Below, piece after piece: positions 54,106 through 64,000 of a stretch of 64,000 bases of DNA. The notes below the pieces were generated by a model, which was given only the letters and a program-made list of their open reading frames with translations, did not search any database and was not told where the DNA came from. Origin of the DNA: Kudoa neothunni. Taxonomy: Eukaryota > Animalia > Cnidaria. A program made the position numbers and the translations under genes. The stretch is from the NCBI GenBank assembly GCA_964304625.1, contig OZ199840.1, forward strand, positions 1,008,733 through 1,072,732, written 5' to 3'. Within the stretch, counting starts at the first letter, position 1. Each line of letters starts with the position of its first letter.

Positions 54106-55880
54106 TTAAATCATTTTAAAGGCATTTAACATTTCGTGTATTATAATATAAATTAAAGTTGAGCTTAAGTAGGTGATAAAAATTTTGATGAAAATATTAT
54201 GTAATGGATAAAAATTGAATTTTCCGAGTTCATCCGATATATATTTATTTTTAATTTCATACTTTAGAAGCGTTACTATAAGTAAATCTAATGAATTCTT
54301 TCTATTCAACTATCTGTTAGCTGAGATGCTTGGCGGATATTCGGATTTCATTAACGGCGATGAAGAGATTAAACATTTGGCAAAATACGTAAATATTTCA
54401 AACATCGCCAACGCAATTGGCTAAATTAAATTTTTCAGGTGGATATGGCACTTGAAGAAGAATTTAATAAAAGAGACGAACAAATGCCGGTAAAAAACTA
54501 CAATTTTAGGGTATCGACAAAAGGTTGTGGCAGGAATGATTTACGACATTATGGTAGGAATATTATTGATTTATATGGAGTTGTTCTTCTGGGGGGTTGA
54601 CAAATTTCGCAATTAGGTGGATACCGATGTTGGTGTATACAATGTGGAATTGTGGGAACAACTTCCATGTCATGGTGGAGGTGTCAGTGTCCAAAGAGTG
54701 AGCAAACAATAGATTTCGTTATTAATTCAAACTATTTTTATCATTGCTCTATCGTTTTCTGTTTATTCTATTGGGATTTTTGAGAGATGACGAAATTAAC
54801 AAAATTCGAATATGTTTTTATTCACATTGGTAACACTAGGTAGAATAGAGTTCGTGATCTGTAAAACTGAATTCGCATTAAATTATAGATTAAATGAATT
54901 AAATAATTATTTATTTTTCAATAGTTGTATTGCATCTGATAAATAAATAAACGCATTTGTGAAACAATTGTCAATAATATGCGTAGTATCGGTTGTGTGA
55001 TTGTACAAGCATGTTTATTTTGTGATCGATTATACAAAGGTACTACGTTTCCTGTTAAGGCAATCTATAGAATACACAACGAAATACCGATTCATCAAAC
55101 GCAAATCTATTGTGGTTGTATTAGAGCGGTTCCTGTGATAATAACCACTTAATAATTCAATCAACCACTAAATATCACTCCTTAAAATATATTAAACCCT
55201 CAGAATTCATATCATTATCAAAGTGTTGATATATAGAATCTGATGGTAAATATAAAACGGGATTAACCTTTAAATGACTACATAACTTTAGATTACTGGT
55301 GGCTACAATGATTACATTCATGGATTGGGCCAAAAACAGTATCTGGAACCCTATGTATATAAAATAGAATCACTTAACAAATGAGAAATTGTTTATAATT
55401 TGACATAATAAATGCACAATAAAGCAACTGATTTGTAATATTTACCTTTCTAGGTTATTAAAGCTCTATTCAATTATTTCGAAGCACAAGGTATGCCCCC
55501 TCCCACCTACATAAAAATTATTAGGCATCGTGAACAACTACTAAATGGAACCAACTACCAAATAGATGTATGCTTGTTTTCATCAAAAGACTGGTATTAT
55601 TGAAATTCATAAAATATTTTGTTCTAGGTGGATTGTGAAGGTGATCTTTACATGGTGCAATTGTTCGAGGCCCTACCAATAGCTGGCAGGGGAATATCAA
55701 TCGCAAGTGTGACTCCACTAATGCAATATTGTTGAGAGCGTTCCACCAATCTATACCATCAACTATTCAAAGCAAATCCGTCTATATTTTGTTAATTTAT
55801 TACCCCTAATGAGTTATTTAGAATATTTGAATATTTTTCGGCGCCCAACTTGGAACTTCATTGCATAATCCATGTTTAAA
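54106..55880 (-). pseudogene. Possible highly divergent or frameshifted polycystin-2 (TRPP/PKD2-like) gene; may extend further upstream
   Basis: Minus-strand exon-like blocks occur in the order expected for PKD2: IDWWNAL..QLLVGPR (cf. DFW..RLLGVPR), GG.GAYLVL (cf. GAGYYLDL), VVIITGTAL-YNHN..FRCVFYRLP-TGNVVP (cf. FIDFSVYNAN..VRLLVEFPATGGVIP) and NSLDLLIVTLL..KFNFYPL (cf. NCLDVVIV..FPNFEHL). Several frameshifts are needed, and similarity was judged by eye. Confidence 0.35.
54326..54712 (+). CDS. Type-1 cystatin (stefin-like) cysteine-protease inhibitor, 3 exons, one apparent +1 frameshift in the A6 run at ~54492-54497
   Basis: MLGGYSD..EEIKHLAKY|VDMALEEEFNK...(+1)TTILGYRQKVVAGMIYDIM|VDTDVGVYNVELWEQLPCHGG..*. 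Shows the N-terminal GG, xVVAG loop and QLP motif of stefins; no signal peptide. Confidence 0.85.
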
Positions 55881-58027
55881 TATAAAGTTATTTTATTACA
55901 GAAAAATTAAGTATGATTTCAATAATCATATTAAATAAGTTTAAGTGATATTTTTTTAGTCTCTTTTACATCAGATCTAAATAAAAGTTTTATAAGATTC
56001 CTTTCTTTATGAATTTAGTTTCTGAATTCGTCACTATATAAATTAATACTAATTTCCTTTTAATTTTAATGATTAATAATAAATATTATAATCTAGCAAT
56101 ATATATTTTGTAGTTTTTTTAAGCGGTTTTAATTTTTATAATCAGAATCATCAAAGAAGACGATATTTTAAACGAATTTGTGGTGTAATTATTTCATCTA
56201 TTAGAGAAATAGAAGAATCAGTACGTTATTTTTAGATATTCTTTATAAATTTCTCATTTCTAAATAGGGCTCGTTTCTCAACCGGGACTGGGACCTTTAG
56301 TGGATTAAGTTTAACCTATCGAAACAATTCGCATAAAAAATTTACACTTGTAATTTAAATTAATTATTAGTTGTTTTGATTAGAAATAAAATAATGAAGA
56401 TAAACAATAATTTATATAAATCTACCTTCTTATCTATAAATCAATGCCAGAACATGTTGTGAGACATTGAAAACGTCTGCTCACTTTTCTGAATCATTTT
56501 AACTAAACCACAGTCTCCGTTTATCTACGATATAATGAGTTTTAGAGTGAATTTTGTGGGCCAAATTCAAAAAAATAACTTAATAACAAAAATCGTTACT
56601 TTTGCAAATACGAGTTGTGATAAAGTCAGGATAATCTGAATTTAGAAAAAGCGCCAACTTTAATGATCGCCTATGTCAAAAAATAGCGCATTGAAAAACT
56701 TCTCAACACTAAGAATAGAGTAGTTCGCCCAACATTTAAATTACGGCTAAAACTTACAAATATTCGCTATAATGGTTCCTCAATAGACATGGAATTTTTT
56801 TTAAAATAATAATTCTTTTTAATTCTCAACGGTAACGACATTTTGTATGTTTTAAAGCAAATAATCCACAATAATTTTACGAACAAAAATAATTACATTT
56901 TTTTAAACATATAACAATGATATAACGACGTTATTTATCAAATAAATAATTATTATTCATTACATTGGGCCCACCACCTAGAGTTCTTACTTATTTCATA
57001 ATAAAACTAAGTTTATATTAATTGTTAATGGCGGAATTTCCATACTACTCTAGTAGGTATAAGTTTATTCATACTGTTATGAAGAGGAGTTGAGCTCACT
57101 AAATAATTTGCTACAATCACTCCCACTAAGTTAGTTAATGTATGCAATAATCTATCCGTCATCTCTTTTTTTCGTAGTTATTATTTTCATACATTTTGGT
57201 TTCATTGTGAGTTATAATGAATTATTCATTACAGTTCGATTCATTATCTTCTTCGTTGTACGCGTTCGGGTCAGTTGCTACATGATAGATACATCGCCGT
57301 TCATAATTATTTTCGCCATATTCAGATGCCAAATTATGTTGTGAGTCGGTTGAATTATTGCTATAAGATTTAACTTATAAGCAACATGAGAGTTATAAGT
57401 ATTTCTATATTAGCCTCAGATAGTTTTAAACCAATTTTAATAGGTGATTACGCGGTAGTTGGTGCAAAATAAAGAAAGGTCGCGAAACATTGCGTCCACA
57501 TTTTTCATAACCTTGACATAGATAAACTCAAAATGAACGAAAAAATCGAGCTATGATGTCAGTGGTAGTATGGTATTATCAAAGTTAGGAATCTCTACAA
57601 GAATTTTCTGTTATAAGGAGAAAGTACATAAAAATGTGTTCATTATTACATCATCAGTCATCTCGTCAGAACTCATCGATAACCTGTTTCCCCTGGCTGG
57701 CAGTGAAATCGCTTTCCAAAATATTTTTTACCGCAAATAAATACGAATAATAAAATAAAAAGTCATTTATAATCAATAACGTATTTTAAAAATCTGATAT
57801 AGCATTAAATTCTTTCTAAGTTGAATCATTTGTTTTTAAGCGCTAGAAACAGTCGTATACACTGATTTTGTGGTGAAATAAAATATAGAAAGATAATATG
57901 ATTGATTAAAATTTAGTTATCCACTTAATAACATACAAAACTAATGGAAACAAAATTAATATTAATATCCTCGCGTATGCATCATTATTGTGGAAAGAGA
58001 CGCCGTCATAAATAATATCTATTATAA

Positions 58028-59180
58028 CAGGGGTCGGCAACAGATATGACCGGAAGAGCCAATTATTGATAACGGAAGGATTTTTTCTACCTCCGGAGCA
58101 GCAAATTAAATACAGGTTCGACATCGAAATATGTATCTTGGAAATCATGTAAACATACTTTCCAGAAAAATCCGAGGTAAATTATCACATTAGTCTATCT
58201 ATGCGTTTTTCCATGACCACTTAACCCATAATTTTAATTATTCATGTTTTTAATGTAGAAGGATACAATAAGAAAAATTCAATTAATAGTGTAATTTCGT
58301 TTACAATAATTTCCAACACGCTAAATTAAAAATTCTGTCATTAACCTCTAATCAACAAGTATACGATAAAATATCTATCTTAATGAATATTATTGTAAAC
58401 GAAAAGAGAATTTCAACCATATAAGTTTATCTTTTAAAACTGAAAAAATAATTTATCTTTTAGGGTATTTTCGTCAATTTAATTATTTTCGAGGCATTTT
58501 ATATGAGGTTTTCTCTCAAAGAAAACTAAATAACGTTAACATTATGAGAGAATTCATTTTTTTCACTGACAATTAATGATAATATGTGTATAATTACTTT
58601 TTTATGTAAAAAATTTAACTAAAAAAACTATAAAACTGGAGGAACTATCATCATTTCCTTAAATCCAATTGATAGCTTAAAAAATTGTGCATATAAATAA
58701 ATATGATGTATTATGTATAATACTCGTAAAGTTTATTTTTAAGGATTTTCAGTTTTATATTAACCTTATCATTAATGAGAAATTTTAAACGGCGATAAAA
58801 AATAATTGTTTAATTTAAAAGCATAGAAACAATAGAGCACATTTAGATTTATTATCTCGTTAATTATTGTAGCTGTAGCTGTACAGGACAATTATTTATT
58901 AGGAATTCTTAATATTTATAAGATATTTGTCTTTGCTTAATTTAACTTGTAAGTTGTAAATATAGGAAATTAGTCAAAGTTGGTGTAATTGAAGTACCAT
59001 ACATTCATTCATTATCCATATTTTTCCTTACAAAATGGTTTATGTCTAATGATACTTCAAATTCGAGCGTAATAATTAGTTCAGCAGCTAGGAGTTATAT
59101 AATTTCGTCGAGTTATAACCTTAGGTATTGTAGTTTATATTATACACATAGAAAGGGTAGCCGTAACCTGCCGACCCCTG
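58028..59180. mobile_element. hAT (Buster/Charlie-type) non-autonomous element, 1153 bp
   Basis: TIRs CAGGGGTCGGCA / TGCCGACCCCTG. The 8-bp flanks TATTATAA and TACTATAG match 6/8 with a central TA, as in Buster TSDs. Confidence 0.88.
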
Positions 59181-59600
59181 TACTATAGTACTATAGTATT
59201 ATGATACTATAATAATAAGGAATGCCAAAAATAACTATTTTTCAAATTATAACTTTTATTTTCTATCCTCACACTTTTCATACACGAATATATGCATATA
59301 TTTTTATATTTAAATTAAAAATATATATTTTCGTTAGTATTAATTTAATATACGGAAATTTTTTAGCTCCGCAAACGGTCACTTTCACATTAATGCAATA
59401 ATAATAATAACAAGATAGATCTAAATCTATTTGAAGTTTAAAATACAAATAAGGCAATGTGAAGAATAATCAATGTTTTAGTGAGAAATATAATTAACGC
59501 TTGTTTACTATGGTCGTATATTGACATGCGCATTTGCTAACTGCGCAGGGGGTTAGAGAAGAAGCGGGTTTTCACTTGAGATTTTTCATTTTTCAATTTA

Positions 59601-61652
59601 ATGAATGGAATATTCTCCAATAATTATAGCTGTGTCACCTCACAGTTAAAATTCCTAATAAATAAGGGATTTTTTCGATATACTGCCAACCAAAGTGCCT
59701 CTACTCCACGTAAACCTCAAAACAAATGGTTACTGATTTTGAAAAAAAAAATGATCGCTCAACAAAATTCTCCATCAACCAAACCAAGGTATTCAAAATT
59801 TTCGAATATTTCTATATTAGGATTTATGTGATAGACAACCCCAAAATACAAAAATATCCCTCTCATCGTAATTATGTTGACAAATGAGTGGATTACATTC
59901 ACTTTTTCGAGTTAGTGTCAGCTCAAAAAAATCTCAAGAATTTACAATTCAACCCAAAAAGTAAAGAACTAATTACAAATTTCTAATCAATATTTTAACA
60001 AATAGAACTCAAAATTCAAAAAAAGTAACCATTGTTATAATCTTAGGTCGTATTTACGTTGAATTTTTTGATATTGTAGTCGGATTATAACTCTAAATAT
60101 GTGTCACCTTATTAGTAATTTATGTGGGGATTTTGTTGAGCTGGTTCACTTATCTGTGATATAGTTCAAGATTAAGTCGCAGTATGTTTCCAAAAACGCA
60201 TTTGTCTTCCTCTACAATCCCGCCCAAACCATTGAATGTATATATTTTATTTATATATGAGTGTATTAACTCTAAATGAAATAAATTAGGTGGATACAGT
60301 GATGGAAGAAGCGTATTTTGGCATTGGTGTGAGTTTATATTTGATCTCAAACTTTTCATAGATCTGACTCTAAACCACCACACAAATTTTCTAATTATGA
60401 GACTCTTGTAACTCAAAGAAAAAATGATCCATTTTATTTTTCGGCTAAAAAACAAAAGTAATGCGATTTCTAAAGCTTATTCATCATTCAAATTGTCATC
60501 TATATCTAGACTTGTTGCCACAACTATTTTAAGTTGGAATGTGTGTGGTATTAGGGCACTTTTTAGAGTATTTGTGCAATATTTCGTCAAGTAATTAATT
60601 TCGCTGTTCACATTAGAAACACTCAGAGAACATCATAACCAAAAAAATGACCGATATTATTTGTGTACAAGAATTGAAGTCAAATTATGAAAAAATTGAG
60701 CATTTGGTATTAAAAATTGTATAACTATTTAAAATGGTGTTAGCTCAAAGAACATATTCATTTATATCCCAATAAAAGTGGCGGTTCCCACAATTTTGAT
60801 TATAATTTGTACTATTTTTATATGAATCCATCTAAAATTTACCATCAAAGTGGGGTCGGGTATATTATTAACCTCGGTAGATAATCTCAATTAATTTTGT
60901 ATCCACTCGTAGAATATTTACCAAGACCAAACCATTGAATATACATCATGATATGGGTATATTTAGTGGATGAGATTTTGAATCTTTTATTACAAATTCA
61001 GAAAATCCACGATATAAAGATGAAGGAAGAGTGATCACCGCCGAATTTTCAGATTATTTTTTGATGAATGTTTGTAATTGAGAGCTTTTTTATCGTGGAA
61101 TTTGTGATGACATTGATATACCAATAGACGTACCTCAAAGTGGTCTGACACTCGAAAAACTTCCAAAAAGACTGGAATGGGATATTGCCTTGTTAGATTA
61201 CGTCAAATCAATGTGCAAACACAAAAAAGTCATTATATGTGGAGATTTTAATGTGGCTGCCAATCCAGATGGTTACATTGATTTTGGCAGACAATAATTG
61301 TTATATTGAACGATTAGATTTCTATTTCAAAGACAAAAATATCAGGTTTCCGAGTTGTACCTTGGAAGAAAGGGAAAACTTTCGCCACTTTCTTGATTCG
61401 CTCAACTATTGTGACATCTTCCATAGAATCAATAAAGACAGGATTGCTCCTGCCTACACCTTTTGGTCCTTTCAAGACATGAATCGCGCCAAAAATAACG
61501 GAATGCGATTGGACTATTTTTTGACTCCTAAGACTGCGTTCAATCAAAAACACCGTCACAATAACAATGGTGCTATTGAAGTTCACGATTGTAATATTCT
61601 ACCAAACATTCCTGGCAGTGATCATTGTCCTGTTATTCTTGCCCTGAAATGA
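59601..61652 (+). CDS. APEX1: AP endonuclease / exonuclease III family nuclease (APE1-like) with N-terminal extension; multi-exon, start approximate
   Basis: LSWNVCGIRA, DIICVQELK, SGVG, DEGRVITAEF, VYVPQSG, VIICGDFNVA, YTFWSF, GMRLDYFL and GSDHCPV contain the catalytic N/E/Y/D/N/D/D/H residues of the ExoIII/APE1 family. Confidence 0.88.
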
Positions 61653-62149
61653 TTGGTCATTTTCGCACAACCGTATTCAATATTCAATATACAGTTTTAT
61701 GACAAAAAAAATTCATTAAATCGTCGAATATTTTATTTTTTCAATTCATGTTCAATTGTCTGGATTCAAAACCTTCAAATTTATTTTGCATTATTAAACG
61801 ATAAACTTTTTTCGCCACTATTTGCTTCTGTAAGAATACATGAACTCTTTGTTTGATAAGCTGTTTCCACGGGAACAGTATCATTTCAATTTTATCCTAC
61901 TCAAATACAGTTATTGCATTTACCCATGATACTTAATGCTTAATAAATTAATAAATAAATATCAACAAATACTTTGGTTCAAATTGAGTTTTCTAATAAA
62001 AATGAAATTTTTCAAGTCATTCGCGCATAATATTTATCTGTGGTGATGTTTCACATTTTTTAAACGTTTAATATATTTATTATATATAGTGTATATATTT
62101 CTTCATTTATTTATCGTGGTTTGATAAAAGTTAATCACATTATATTTAA

Positions 62150-62380
62150 TCATTCGACGACTTTGGTGTCAAATTGACCCCAAAGTATAATTAAAACCTA
62201 TATTACTCCTTGGGTCCTCTTTTAAATTTCTCTGTTTTTGATCTATTTTCCTAAATTTGTATATAGCATATAAGAGTAGAATTAAAGAATAATTGCAATC
62301 ACAATATGATATAGAGCTTTATCTTTGGGTATATTTGTGGGTCAATTTGGCTCAAATTTTTTATTCTATGGTTTTAGCAT
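62150..62380. mobile_element. piggyBac-type MITE end
   Basis: TTAA followed by GGTGTCAAATTGACCCC, an inverted partner GGGTCAATTTG at ~62339, and homology to 53160-53320. Confidence 0.55.
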
Positions 62381-63722
62381 AAAAAAATTACTAAAAAGTT
62401 AAACAATCGTATCCTCCGAATTCTATCTGCTAAGTTTTTAGAAAAATAGTGACACATATACCATTTAATGCACGTTAATACTCCACTAATTGTTTCAGAT
62501 TCTATTCGCAATTAATCATAGGAAAAAGTGATATTTTGCTTGAATTGTATTTGTTTATAAATAGGAAACTATAATTTTTCCACTCAAAAAAACAATTATT
62601 AGAATTTTTTAAAAATTAGATCCCATTTATCTAACTATTTGAATAATTCTTACATTTTGTGATAAATCTTCCCAACCTTCTTACATTACAAAGCGAATGG
62701 TTCAGATAATGGCCCTTCATGATCCTTGAGCGTAACCATTACAATGAGGATACCCAAATAATCCATATTTATAAAATTATTCTTCCAATGATTTTTCCCA
62801 TAAAGAATAATGTAATCGATTTTTTTACAGATAGTTTAAAAAAATATGAATAACGTTCAAAAATATTATGCATCTGTTGATAACAATAAGCGGTAGGACC
62901 AGAAGGTGGTTTAAAATTTTTTAGACCGAAATGCGTTTATTTCGAGGTATTTTGAAATCCCAAGCAATTCTGGATTTGCTGGCATTCGAATTTCCAATTT
63001 CTCTCGTCTCCATTGTATTACATGATTCCTTTTATAATGTTAATTCATCACACTCACTCCTCGATAGTCACACGATTATATTTGAATACGAGGTTATAGT
63101 TAGTTAAAATTCAGACTAAAAACGAACCGAAAAGGTATTATGATCTTCGTGAAAAAAATCATAATTTTTTGTTTCAGTAATGTGTTAAATTGTTGTTTAC
63201 AAAAAATTAAAAAAACCAAAAATATTTTTCAGTTAAAAAGGATTCAAATTTCTGTTTTGATATATAATTTATTAACTAACTGGTGTTTACACGAGTCTTC
63301 TCAAGGTGTGATATGACAAAATTTTGATTGGTGAAAAAAATTTCTGAACGTTCAATGAGCCGCTCTGGTGGGAAGCAGAAAATTATAAATATTGGTGACA
63401 CGGATAGTGGTGAACAAATTGCGCATTATGATGTACTTTGAAGTCAATATCGCTTATTTTTATGAGTAGTTTAATATCATGAAAAATACAAGAAGCCATT
63501 ACTAATTACAAGGAAACCTTGGACTTCGACCATAATCCGTTCTAGAAGTGTGTTCGAACTTCGAATAAATTTTCCCATGTAAAATAATGAAAATTAGTTT
63601 AATCTGCACCATTCGTCAAATAAATGAATTATTTTTATTTATTAAAAAACAAGCATACCTCATGCTTATAAAATAAATATAAATATAATAATAAAAATGA
63701 GATATACGATGTAACAAAAGTT

Positions 63723-63787
63723 CTGAATGGGGATTCGAACCTGCTTTATTAGCAATAAAGACAGTGGTACCAGACCGCTCTGCTCCC
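63723..63787 (-). mobile_element. tRNA-derived SINE head or tRNA pseudogene
   Basis: Minus strand reads GAGCAGAGCGG (A-box-like) ... GGTTCGAATCCC (B box). No complete cloverleaf. Confidence 0.45.
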
Positions 63788-64000
63788 AAATAAACATATG
63801 ACTGGTGGATTACAACCCTTATAATCCACATGTTACATAAGATAAATATTTTTTGGGCGATGTACGATAGATTATAATGGGTTTTCTTTCGATGAAATAA
63901 GCACAATTCGGCTGAGGGAATCTCCGTCTAGAATTTCCTTTCTTTTCTGTTTTTGCTTCAATTGGATTTGTTCTGAATATTCTTTCTACGTGCTCTAACT

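Noticed and set aside
57040-57720. Acidic/Asn-rich minus-strand frames
   Set aside because: Multiple stops and no family motif; cannot distinguish a TE remnant from upstream exons of the PKD2-like locus.
36379-61586. Antisense and alternative-frame ORFs over IMP4, DNAJC3, DDOST and APEX
   Set aside because: Shadow ORFs of real coding exons or of intronic repeats, with no independent motifs.
53160-62300. One giant transposon capturing the cystatin-APEX region between inverted repeats
   Set aside because: The two homologous ends point outward, with the element bodies outside the interval, so they are independent copies.
63723-63787. Functional tRNA genes here, at 52616-52681 and at ~19690-19750
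   Set aside because: A/B-box-like motifs are present, but no complete cloverleaf or anticodon arm.

Overview
Eukaryotic nuclear DNA from a very AT-rich, compact animal-type genome. Genes are split by many very short GT-AG introns (mostly ~35-65 nt). The style would fit a reduced metazoan parasite such as an orthonectid, but the species cannot be established from this window. The left ~35 kb is dominated by DNA-transposon debris: several piggyBac copies and MITEs, a Mutator element with ~280-bp TIRs, pogo/Tc1-type elements and Helitron-like repeats. It also holds TMEM208 and two tandem, apparently intact paralogs of a two-kinase-domain p90-RSK-type gene in which both kinase domains have lost catalytic motifs. 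The right ~29 kb carries housekeeping genes: IMP4, an RNF8-like RING protein, DNAJC3/P58IPK, DDOST/OST48 head-to-head with COQ10, a stefin-type cystatin and an APE1/ExoIII nuclease. It also has a possible degenerate polycystin-2-like gene, a hAT element and tRNA-derived SINEs. Several single-base +1 frameshifts cluster at 50-55 kb and are most likely assembly errors. All family assignments come from manual translation and motif recognition, with no database search, and exon boundaries are manual.
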